Both the position numbers and the translations under genes were made by a program. Shown piece by piece: positions 27,517 through 41,100 of a stretch of 64,000 bases of DNA. Below the pieces are notes generated by a model, which was not told the origin of the DNA, did not search any database, and worked only from the letters and a program-made list of their open reading frames with translations. The stretch's first letter is position 1. Each line of letters opens with the position of its first letter. This DNA comes from Trichoplax adhaerens (Eukaryota; Animalia; Placozoa). Where the stretch lies: assembly GCF_000150275.1 (NCBI RefSeq), contig NW_002060943.1, positions 6,316,299 through 6,380,298 on the forward strand, read 5' to 3'.

Positions 27517-29109
27517 TAATTTAAATTAACAATCTCCCCTCAATTCCTATGGCTTTCTATCCCGTATTATGATACCCAATACTAAAATCATTCTATTGGC
27601 TGTTGTTAGATAAAGTTGAGCAGTTGAATTTGTATAGATTAATTAACGATCAATTGAAAAAGAATGAGTTAAAGGAAAATATATGTCAGGAAATATAATA
27701 CTAAAACCGAACAATAAATTTGGACAGTCAATTTCGGACACTTTTTCTACATTAGTACAGAAATATCCTGAATAGTTTAAAATTAGTTGCTTTTATAGTG
27801 GCTATTATGATGGGCTAAAAGTGTAAACAATAGGTACGCGGATACTTTCTTCACTCTTTTGCCTTTTATAAGTACCGCATAGTATATGTGTAACAGAAGG
27901 AACTACCAGATGAAAATGAACGTATAGTATGGACATTATTCTTCATGAATTTAGTATGAATAAAGAAATTTTCGATATTGTTCTTGCAGTAATTGTAATG
28001 AAGCAATTGGCTATAGACAAGAATTCATCATACAATCTATTGTTCTACTTAATATTGATTTGTCCCTATTTAAGAATATTATACACAGTACGAACAGATA
28101 TTAGTAGATTTACTCTTTAGTGATATTCAGACCAATATTTTTATTAAAATATTCTATTCAATTAAGGTTACACTGATCTGAATGTCAGTTTGGATGGAAA
28201 ATTAATCGTCGCTTATGCACTGAATTAAACTAGATACTGCGTCAAAGAAAATCACGAAAACATTACGGTAAAGAAGATCGATATATTTAATGCAACTATG
28301 TATGAAATGGGTATAATATTTTGGCTATTAACTATACTGAAGTAATGGATAATTCAAGCGAGAAATCGATGATAAATTTCGAATAAATTCTCACTATTTT
28401 GTTGACAATGTAATTGTATATTAATATTCTATTTACTGTATAATATTCTAGTTAGTAGTCTCAGTCAGTCGAGCTTTCATGATTAGACTTTATCAGCTTT
28501 TATTCCTGTCGATTATGATGATTGCTCCTCCTTCTGCTTATTCCTTGTTCTCATTCTTTTTTATCTTCAAGACATTTCATAACTAACTGTGTACAAGTGT
28601 AGAGAAGGCAAGATTTAGAAAATTCAATATTTTTATGATTTTTTTCATTTTCATCGACGATTCTTATTATCAATCTATGCTGATTTGTATTAGCATCATT
28701 CTAAACAAGTATGTAATATTAATTGGTCTGACTAACACACTTTTATTGAAAGTCTAAAATACCATTATTGGTCTTGATTTCAATGCGATCACACGTTTTT
28801 AAGTTGATATTTATAGTACAGTAATAACTTGCATTATTATCCATCGTTTTATAATCGTCATTCATGGTAATTTAGAAAAAAGATACTGAAGAAAAATGTT
28901 GCCGTTAATTTTATTAATGTGTAGGAAATAATCTTTAAAAAGAGCTATTTGGCGAATAATATAAAATGTGAGTAGATTAAGATTCAATTAATTGATTGAT
29001 CTAGAAAAAATTAAAATGATGAGAGTTTGAATGTTACTCAATTTTTAAGATTAGCAGTAGAATTTTGGAATTTGTGGAAAGTGTCCAGGCGTAAACAACG
29101 ATCTTACCA

Positions 29110-32100
29110 ATGGAGGAAGCAGAACAAAGACTACTTACTGGCAAATTGGTTAATTTACCAGTACAAAAGTCAAGAGTGATCCGAATTTATGTTGTTTCTA
29201 CATCGACAGGTAAATTATCATCTGATCGTCCATTTCACTTTTTTATGTTACAGCATTCACCCGTTCCTAGATCTATCATTCTTTCAATTTTTTTATTACT
29301 TTAATTATACACAAGTTCAATCCTAACAATCTTAACTATAGAACAGCTTCTATTTGCAGTTGTTAACAAAATTTCTATCCTTTACCCTTAGCACCTTTTG
29401 CTACCTTTTTGTTTGCGCATACTGACCACGAATCAAACTAATTTTAACTGGTTATTATGATACTGAAATTAGACAAGAGAGCATCTTTCCATGTAAACTG
29501 TACAGTATGTAAAAAGAGAGTTATAAATTGTATGCATCATGGACATTATCAATTTAAAGATAGCGATATACGGATAGGTAAAAAGCAAGTCACTCAAAGG
29601 AAGAAAGAAGTAGATGTAGATATTAATATATTGCTCAACCTTTATGCATACTGTAATGACGGTCTATAGAAACCAACCTTAGCAACACAGTAAAGTTATA
29701 GTCGGAAAAGAATGTTCAAGAAAACAAAGTCTGTTATCAACTATTCTGATCTTGTATGAAACTTAGTTGTAGTTATAGTTTATTAAAATAGGATAATTCC
29801 TAAATTGGTGACTTGTTTCCAATGTATTTTACAGATACTATCAAGGAACGGGAACAACTTGTGCAAGATATTTATCCTAAATTACGTAGTTATTGTCGCC
29901 ATCGTTATGATATTGATTTTCAAGCTATTGATACGAGGATGGATCATATCTACCATCGCTGCTATGATGATCATTATTTACAAGAATTATTACTCCATGA
30001 AATTCGATGCAGTCGACAATCCATGATAGGATCTTATTTTGTGGTAAGTTATCATTTGGTAACAATCCATCCCCTTAAGTCATTCCTTCCCTATCCAATT
30101 GATAATTTCCTTTTTATGTAATCGACTATAAAATAACCTTATGGTTTACCTAGCTTGACTATCACTATTTTATTCTTATCGGGTGGAAGTTAGTCAAAAT
30201 TATCATACATATTCCTGGTTCATTTTATTGACTGATCACAATTTTGGCACAAAATTGACACAATACATTCATATTTCGGGATGATATCTGATTGCATGAT
30301 TTTATTTTTTAAATAGTCCAACTTCATCGTTTTTGTTATCTTATAATCATGATAACTTGAAGTTCTATTATTATCCAAGTGGATTTTTATTAATCATGTA
30401 AATACCAGTTTGACTCTAATTATACTTGCCTTATTGGCAAAAAATCTTTCATCTTTCTTCCGCATCCTTATAAATCAATACCTTCTAAGATCAATTAGTC
30501 TACATCATTTATTATCATGCAGGCTTGTTTTCAGCATTTTACTTTTCAAATGCATGAGCTCCTATTACTATATTCTCTCTATAATAAATTCGTCATACTA
30601 GTGTGGGTAGATTTTCTTTCTTCAACTTCTAGACAAGACATTCTTAGAGCTATTGGTCATTTTTTTCTTAACTATTGTCCAAATATCCAAAGCTAGACAA
30701 TGTGCTATGAATGCTAAAGTATAAGTTTTCAATTATATTTTTATTTAAAATCAATTTTCTCATCAAAGTAAAAGATGATTACTATTAGTTATTTAATGTT
30801 TAATTTCTGTCCATTCCAATTTTTATTTATCCTTTTTATTTAAGGTATTTTGAATGCGTGAAAGGCAATCTAAGGGTACATGTCGTGATCGCCCATAAAT
30901 TATTTGAGGAGAGTTGCTTTAAGATTAGGGTACCTCTGGTTTATGTACTTATAAGCCAGTACTTTTTAAATTGATAGAATAAGAAAGAGAAACTAGTCGA
31001 ATCGAAAATTTTATCGTTAGTCAATAGAATTATAGTATTTTACGAGGTATTTAAGGTTAACAGAAATAAAGCATGTGGATAGTATTCAATGCGGATATTA
31101 TTGTATCCGTGCCATTACGAGTAAATAGCGCCTTTGGATGAGGTGATGAGATGGATAAACTGACAGGTTACTGAATATAAAAGGAATAAAATTATCGATT
31201 TGTTACAAGTATTTACGCAAAGTATTAAAATTTAGTGAATTTCTCTTTTACCTAAGACCATAAATATAACTCTATCTGACCTATCATTAATTAACATAAA
31301 GGGTCGCATGTTTTAGGTTATTTTATTAATTGAAAAAGCATACCGTATCTAACATTGTTTCAAGATTCAGTAGAAATCTGTATTTATTTATTAGTAGTTA
31401 GGAATTTAGCGCTATTACGGTAATACGATCCTGTAACTTACAGGTTTAAAAATTTGCTTACATTACAGCGTTTACTATTAGCTTTAGGGTTGACTTAGGA
31501 TCGAGTAAATATGCTACCGTAATCTTATTTATATTAATTATGCCATGTTTATATATATGACTTAAATCTTTAAATATTACAAGATTGCACTCGTGAAACA
31601 CAAAAATATTACATTAAGGAACGTAGTATTACTGTTATAACAAGATCCATTAATTTTAGAGATTGCAAGGATTATAAAGTTATGAAAGTAGTTAAGGGAC
31701 CATAAGTTTCTAACCGCATAGGGCATTAAATATGTTTCCTTTTATGGTACCACATTAGCATAGCAATAGACTAAGTAAGACCATAAATTTTCCGTATTCA
31801 ATGCCATAATTGATTTGTATATCTTCATATTGTGAAATCAAAGAAAGATTTTTCGAGTATGATTTTTTACTTAGAATCATCATATACCGTAGCTCGAGAG
31901 CTAAACGAGAAAAAACCAAAAAGGAAAATAAGTTTACAAATGTAAGAAAGAACTTATTTTCTCGAGTAAACGTATATGCCCAAATCGCGATATAAATTGC
32001 TGAATTGTTTAATTCAATATCGGACAGATGCACCAAGATATAAGTGACGGTAAATTAACAAAATCTCTACTAGCAAAATGTATAGATTTCGATAGCGCTA

Positions 32101-35100
32101 TTATCTCACTCTGACCATCAAACAATATTCGTTAGATATTGATGGACCCATGCCATGGAATTTTATAGGTATAGAGATATTTTAGCAGTATAGGGATAGT
32201 TCTAAATTTGTAACGAATAGATACACAAGTTATAGCTGGTAGTGTAGAAATATGTTAGATCGATTAAATGATCCATGCTTTCTACAATAATCATGAATTA
32301 CTTTGCACATTTGCAAATACAGCGAATCATGATTTGTATGGCGTATCAGGATTACAGCGATCAAAAACTAATATTGGCCAAACATCTAAATTATTTTCAT
32401 ATTATCAAATTTCTAACCTAAAAAATTTTTGATTGCTAATAGAAAAATAGCAAATAGATAAATAAACATTTCTAAAATATTGAAGATAGAAAATCGATTA
32501 AAACATGAAATATTAAATCATCTTAATAACTGTATTTAGGAGTATAAAATCAAATATTGGTAATACGAAGTATAGTAAATGAAAAACATACAATGACAAC
32601 TTTTCCATGGTTTGATTCATATATGAATTAGAAAATAAAAAGAGCTTCATTTATATTATTGATGAATACTGATCTACATATTCTAGAAGATCAAAAGATT
32701 GTTGTTACCGTAGCGGTAAAAATTATTATTATATAATGAACATGCATTACCGGACGCTGATCAGATCAACTAGATAGGAAATAATGAAAATTTATTTAGG
32801 ATTTCCAGAAGCTACTAGCTAATTTATTAATTTGCTTCGGTAACCTAATAGAAAGCCTTATACAGGCGATAAAAGAATATTGTTTTGCTTTAATAGACAA
32901 ATGCAGTAAAAATATGTTACGGTCAATATGTGTTTCCCCACAATAGCTGTATACAGTATCTCCAATATTTCAATTATTTACTAGCATGGCATACATCTAT
33001 GGAAGAGTCTGCAAATTATTGGGTTTTGCCAACATGCTGCCAATGTTTTAGCGGCCAATTACAGTAGTTAAACTTGCTGTCATGGCGACGGTCTATTCTT
33101 TTGCTACTTAGTGCTCGTATCATTGTTTTATCTGGAATATAACTCTAAGGACCTGTCATAAGAAGATTCATAATAATAAAATGCTGCTAGTCAGATATAC
33201 CCGTCAAGACGGCTGCGAACTGTGCCGTTGTAGCCATTTTCTCAATACAATAACTACAAATTATTAGTACCTTCCTTAATGATACCATCAGGACGATAAC
33301 CAGACAACTACTGTAAACATTATATTTTTGTCAACAATACGCATGTTAATTGAAATATCTTTGATACTGGCATATCGTGCTGAAGCCCTAATTTAGTATA
33401 AAATCATAATTTGTCGTTCTCGAAAGGCAACACAATGATTTTGGCTTATTTTAGCCATATTATCAAGCTAATATCTCCAATATTAGAGTATCGATAATTT
33501 TATGATATAGTCATGAAAATGATTGAATTATAATAGCCCAAGCTTTTAATGATTGGGAATCATACTCCATTGCATCCTTCAAACCGTTCGTTTATGTCAC
33601 CGTGTCTGCATATTGTTTTATATTTAGTAAGTTTCGGGCCATTACTATAAATTATGGCACTGCACAGATGAAAATTGAACCGACTTTTATAGATTTTAGC
33701 GTAGATCTATTGCTAGTTATGATTGCGCCTATCAAAAAGCCTATAAATGGTTATGCTGTGGTCATGAAATCGTTACATCTTAGAGTAGATTAAAGAATTG
33801 GTATCAGCTTTATTATAGATCTGAGGTGTAAAGGCATCGCAGGATCGAATAAAACTTTACTAAAAAAAATAAAGTAGATTAGAGCAATGTTAGCAGTTAT
33901 AAGTTTCAAAGCCTGCTCTCAGTTATTAATATTACGGAGCCTATCGCTAATAAAGTATCACCTATACGTCTAAATAATTCATTAAGGAAGTAGATTGATA
34001 CACACCCATATATATCAGAAAGATCAATTGATTGTAAGTCTACATCAAACTTTAAACTTGTGTCGTACCATAACAGGGTTAAGGCTACTGAAGATCTATC
34101 TGTCAGTATCCACAGAGCTTTTTTATTTCATAGGCAAGATCTAATGATATATTTAGTAATTCGAAGGTGATTCGTAAAAAACGTTCCTGCACGATTCCCA
34201 AAATTGTTGGAGACTGCTAGAAACCACGGTAGTTTCTTTTTTCTTTCTTGGTGTAGCGATACAGGTTAAAGTTATTCTGAAAAGTTAGGTGCCTTGATCC
34301 CCTGAAGTACGTTGAATTATTTGATAAGAAAGAATGACATTGCGCAATGATATGGCTAAAATATGTCTGCATAAATTTAAAATTCTTATTTTCCATTACT
34401 GATATTCATCTGATAAAGAACTTGTATATCATCCTATTTTAAATTCTGAGGATTTAAATTTAGCTATTCAGTTGTAAATATAGACTCAGCATTTGATCTA
34501 TTTATGATTTAAATCAGCTGTTGGGTTTCCATTTTTGTGAAAGTTTAATAATCTTTTTCAAACTGTATTTGCTTATGTAAGCAGAGATATTCAAAACTGT
34601 AAATAGCTTCGGATAAATAACATGAATTATAAATTTCCAATAATAGCTATAGATAGTCTTGATTTATGTGCATACATTATGATTAATCCTCTATCTGATG
34701 TTATATCCGCTAAGCAAATGATCTATGGTAGATTGCCTCCATTTTGTATTGCAGTCCATTGTAGTCAATAATAGTTTTGAGTAACTATTTTTTTCTATTT
34801 CAACTGATGAAGACATTTTAGTTATTATTTTATTCATATGATAAAAAGTCCAAAATTAGGCTTTCCTGCGAAATCTTAATCAAATTAGCAAGATTCTACT
34901 TAATTTAGACTAATAGATCATTGCTAGCTCTTTAATCGATATCAAAATTAATTAACCTCCATTTTTGTAAACCCAAAATTACTTTATTTTTGTAGGCTCT
35001 ATTAGGACAAAAATATGGCTATTCTCCATTACCAAACCAGATATCGGGCTTCTGCTTTAGATTAATACGTGAATGTTTAATAAATAATGATAAACCAGTA

Positions 35101-38100
35101 GAATCATTAGATCAATGGTTTAAAGAAGATACAAATGCAGTTCCATCGGTTTACGTTTTGCAATCTATATCATCTTGCTTAAAAAATTACAATAATTTGG
35201 AAGCAAAAGTAGAATTACAAGCTGAAGATGCGACTACCTGGTTGGAAATATGTCGGAAGCTTCAGAAGTTGTTATGGTTTGCAGTTGATCGACTAATAGC
35301 AACCGAAAAAATAACTCCTGAAGATGGACTTAAATTGAAAATATCAAGTAAGATTAACATTTTCTTGCTATTCCGCTATTTTATATAATAATTAAGAGCT
35401 ATGATGATTAGACTATGATATTTAGAGCTACTCGTTCCCCGAATAATATTCAGAGTTACTATCATCAATAGATGATATTTAGAAAGTATGATGAGTTAGA
35501 TCATCTTTCAGCTCCTTTAACATTGTTAGCTTTACATACGTTCCTATAAACATGCACATTTTTTCGCAATAATATGTATAATTAGGACTAGATCAAGAGA
35601 TTACTTGTGGGATTCTTGATGCAGATAAAGAGTTCATCAATGAAAATTGCCTAGGAATGATTAGGACATTTGCTAATGTAGAGTCTATTTCTAATGACGA
35701 TGCTATTATGGCTTATTTCGATATCGACAAAGAAAAGCAAGAAATTGATGAAAGAGCTAATCAGTTACTTTGCAAGTTACGTGATGATAAGCTACTTGAA
35801 AAGCTAGATCAACAACAAATATCACAATTTACGATCGATTGGCAAGCAGATGGTATCAATCCAGAACAGTATCAGCAACACTTTGATTATATACAGCAGT
35901 TTTGCTTGAAATTTTATAAAAGTATAAAAGGCATGATTGATAAAACGATGATGAACATTGGCGATCATGTCATTGATAGTAATCCATTATATCAAGAAAT
36001 TTTGCATCATTTACATTTCTGTCTAAAACAAACACGTACATTTTATGGCCGACAGAAAGAATTAGCTACTGTTCAAGATTATCTTCACCAAGTCTTAACG
36101 AAGCCATCGCCGTCATTACCGAAAAATAGGAGCAGCCCATTGGTTATTCTGGGTCCTGCTGGCTCTGGCAAGACAGCGCTAATTGCAAAATGTTTCGAAT
36201 GGTCCAGTAAAAATGTAACTGCAGCTGATATTATAGTACGATTTTTAGGACGCACCGTGGATAGCTTAACTGTATGCAAAACATTGACATCATTGTGCCA
36301 ACAAATTGGCCAATTATATGACCAATCACCGGATGATATACCTAAGCACAATGCAAAATTAGTCATCTATTTTCTCCGTCTATTAACCTTTGCCAATCGT
36401 CGTAAGCCATTAATTATACTGCTAGATGGACTTGATGAATTACCTTTTAACGAAACAGATGATCATCATTTATCCTGGCTACCGAAACAACTACCACCTT
36501 ATGTGGCTATGATAATCTCTGTTCAGGATGATGCCAATCATCATCAACAATTAAAAGCGATAAAGAATGCATTTCCTATTAATTCTTTTTATATTGAATT
36601 ACAGCCTTTAGCTATAGATACAGCTTTACAAATTGTTGATGATTGGCTATACGTTAAATCCAGGACGTTAACATCTCAACAGCGACAACTAATTTCCAGT
36701 GCTATTCTACGATGTAGCTTGCCTTTATTTATTAAATTAATTTTTAATCAAGCCATCCAGTGGCATTCTTATGACTCCATTTCTCAAGCTGATTTGCCCT
36801 TTGATACTGCATCAGCGATTCATAAATTATTTGATCGTCTCGAAATGATACATGGTAAAGCGTTATTTTCTCGTACAGCTATTTACATTACCTCAACACG
36901 ATATGGCTTAACTGAAAATGAAATACAAGACCTATTATCGTGTGATCACCAAGTTATGGAGGAGATCCATCGATATCAGCCTGATCAAGCTATTATAGCT
37001 GTTCCAGCATTGCTTTGGCTACGTTTAAAACATGATTTAAATGACTATGTTCTTGAACATGAAATTAACGGTTTAACAGTAATGCGTTGGTACCATCAAC
37101 AATTTATTGAAGTTGTTAGGCAGCGTTATCTAAGTAATGACCAAATACAGGAAGAAATCCACAGTCAATGTGCTAATTACTATATTGGTAAAGGATTAAT
37201 GAGCTTAACTAAAGGATCATACTATAGTATCGCAGATTATAATCAACATCATCAGCATTCTATTCTGTCACAGGATGCTAACGATGATTGCAGCTCTCAA
37301 AATCGCGGTATTAATAGTGATCGCTTACAACTACAACCTATGATTTATCATGTTCAAACCGAGTCCAAACAAAATCGCAAAATACGCTATAATTTACGCA
37401 AATTAAATGAATTACCATATCATTTAATTCATAGTAATCGACTTAGTGAAGTTAAAGAAAGGCTATTTTGCTTTTATCCATGGTTAATTACTAAATTACA
37501 GGCATTATCTTTACCCGCAGTATTAGGTGATTTTGAATTATTACTTAGTAAAACACACGATATTGAAATTAAAATAATTTATGATGCTATGCGATTATCC
37601 TATCAGACGCTTGATCAAGATGCATTTAGTTTGGCAGCTGAATTAATTGGTCAATTGTCAACATTAGCTAGTAATGAATATCAATATTTGCAATTATTGA
37701 TTGAATCGGCAGAAGAGATTGGAGCTCAACACTCACCCCTCTTACCAGTAACATCTTGCTTATTTCCACCTGGTGGTGTCCTACGTTATACATTACATGA
37801 TTGTAAAGGTGAAATATTATGCTTAGAAACAACATCGAATTTTCAGTATATTCTAGCTGGATCAACTGATCATCTAGTGCGTGTTTGGAATGTAACCACT
37901 GGTGAGCTTATCCATACGTTAGACAAGCATACCAGTGCAGTACACGGTGTTCATGTTACTTCTGATTGTCGAATTATCCTCTCCTATACCTATAATATTG
38001 ATGTAATTGCTAATCATGAAGTCTTAGCTTGGAATTTACAAACTGGCGAGTATCTATATAATTTACGTGGACATAGTGGTGGACCGTGCCCGATCATATC

Positions 38101-41100
38101 AACATATGATTCACATTTTGCTCTCTCTGGATGTCATAATAATTTAAAATTACAAGCATGGCTTGATCATGTTCAATTAGGTCAAGATATAACTAATCGT
38201 CAAATTGATGACGATAATGATATTATGGAATATTTGTTCGATTATGATGATGCTGAGTTTTATGCATTTCATATTATATTATGGAACCTAGATGATGGCC
38301 GTATTAACAATATATTAGAAGGTCATACTGGTGAAATATTGCAAGTTTGTGTAACTAGTAATGATCGTTATATTTTATCATGCTCACGAGATCAAACAAC
38401 ACGAATTTGGGATTTAGCTACAAAGCAAAGCATACGAGTTATACGTGAACCAAAATGCCATGATTATATGCTTCATTTAGCAGTTACACAAGATAGTCGA
38501 TTTGCAGTTATTCATGGGCGCCATTTAGGTGTATATTGTATTGATGATGGTCAACAAATCTATCAATTACAGGAAGATAATTGCTATCCCGATGTGACAA
38601 ATATCAAAATCAGTAATGATGATCAAAATGTTATTGTCAGTTACAGTGATAATTGTGCTGAAATATGGAATATTATGACCGGCGAATTAATATGCCATTT
38701 CCAAGATAAAACAACATCACAAGAATTCAATGCGTGCCATGTTAGCGGTGCCGATATAACCTTAGGCAATCATTTAGTTGTGGCATCAGGTTATAATGTA
38801 CCTAAAATTGTCGATTTTGAAAATGGCAGAATCGTTGGTCAATTAAATAGTCATACCAGTAAGGTCAATCAATTAATTGTTTCGACAGATAATCAGGAAC
38901 CGATAGCTTTTACAGCATCCGATGATCGTACTATTAAAACATGGAATCTTTCTAATCTTGATATTCCAAAATTAGAATTGCCGCGACATAAGAAAGATAT
39001 TACTTTTATCACTATATGCAAAGAGAAAAATTATTATGTTTCAGGGTCGATAGACAATACCTTGAAAAAATGGGATTTAGAGACGGGTGAATTATTAGAA
39101 ACATTAACTATATCATCGGGTTTCTTATATTCAGTCCATATTATGCCACATGGTCAAGTGGGTCATTGCTTTCCATTAGATACTGCTACTCGCGTTAAAA
39201 TTGACATGGTGAATTTTCTTGTCCTAGAAACTCATAGTCTTGATTCTATGGCTCTAATTGGAGCGCATATGACAACTTCAGGGGAATATCTGGTAGGGAT
39301 TACCATCAAGAATGATATAATTACATGGCAAATTAAGCATTTTCAGCAAAAAGCTAAATTTGCATTGAATGCCATGATTAAACATCTCGCATTAGTTAAA
39401 TCAAGATATATCTTAACTGTTGATAATAGTGAAGCTGAGGGTAAACGAATTTTTGATGCTAAAATTATCCATGTTTGGGACTTAAAGACGTTAAAACCTG
39501 TAGATCGTCTAATTGGACATACGCGTACTATTACCTGTATGATCAAGACACGAAATGAACGATATTTATTAACAGGAAGCAGTGATACAACAGTTATCAT
39601 TTGGGATATGGAAACGCGAAAAATACATGGTAAAATGGCTGCACATCAGAGCAGTATCAAATCGATAGCAGTAGCAATAACTGAGAATAAATTAATTGCT
39701 GCCAGTGGTAGTGATCGTGGTGTTGTTTGTTTATGGGACTTCCATCAACCTAATTGCAAAGTCATGCATCAATTGGAAGGACATCAATCATCGGTAGAAG
39801 GTTTAACCTTTGCCCTAGATGATAATTATTTGATTTCCATGTCAACTAAAGAGAGTGTCTTAAAGATATGGCATACTAAGAGAGGCTATCTCATTGCCAA
39901 CTATTATTTGCATGCAAATCCAACTAATTTTACTGAATGCGCTAAAAAAAACATCATCATTATTGGTCTGGAGGATGGTCGAGTCATGAGATTAAAAGTT
40001 AATCGATTAACTGATGAATATCTTAAGTTTGACGATGATCAAGCTACGGTATGTACCTGTTTGTAATATGTTTTTTTTCACAAATACTAATTGTATCTTT
40101 GAAAGCAATGAATTAATTCGAACACTATTATTTTCTTTACCTTAATTTGCTATATTAATTCAGATAATATGATTAGCTATCTATGTCTTACATGCTTCTG
40201 GAATCGAATTTTTACTGTGTATTAATGGTGGTATTAGCATTTACATTGTCGTTGACGCCAATTTATCTGCTTAAGTTAATCATTTATATTTTATTTTAAA
40301 GCTTACTAATACAATTATGAAGTTAGTCTGCTATAGAGTGTATATGTATCGTAGATCAGATGATGTCAAATTTTTATCTGATAGCATTGTATAGAAAACG
40401 AGAGATGGATTTCCTTTACTTGAACTTTGAGTTAAACTGACAGTGTTTTTCTCGTTTCATTAGGCGGTAAAAGATCTTCATATCAGCGCCATACCTGAAA
40501 ATGGTGCAGACGTAGATCGTAATAGTCTGGCTAGAGAACAGAATGTAAGCTAAAAGTTTTTCAGATGAAATTCGCAATCTTTTAATTGGTTTTAAGATTA
40601 ATTTAATGAGATGAAATCAATTTTATTTTATTGGATTATCATTAGTTCAATGAGGAAACTCCTCCATTGGTTAATGGTCACTCAACAACGGAGGAAATTG
40701 ACAGTTCTGAAGTTGTTAGTCGTAAAAGTGATGATATAAAGGTATACAAAGCAACTTTAATGTAACTCGTAAGGCATTTTTAGTAAACTTGGTAATGATA
40801 ATGATTATTTTAATTGCTATTTAAATCACTTAAGAGAAGAGACAGTCAAGCTAAAGAATTTAATAGAGATGTAAGTTAAATATAGGCTAAACGGAATTTG
40901 AAGTACAGCAAGCCTTTTCGCGAATATAATTTGATTTAGCGATATTTTAAACAATTTTAGTCAATCTTAATGCTTAAAAGTCAAATTTTGTAGCTGAAAA
41001 GGATGCACGTATCAATTGAATGTTAGTTGTAACGTTGCTTTCAATCATTTTTAAAACTGAATTAGGAGAAAATGCGTCGATTAAGCGCTCAGATGTCTGA

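Noticed and set aside
21301-29109. Short ORFs in this intergenic stretch, in 42410-50997, in the long introns, and antisense to Dicer and NWD exons
   Set aside because: AT-rich random or shadow ORFs with no motifs; no transposase, reverse transcriptase or terminal repeats recognised
37780-39960. HET-E-like near-identical, hypervariable WD40 repeats
   Set aside because: The WD40 units are highly diverged from each other, with no sign of concerted repeat shuffling
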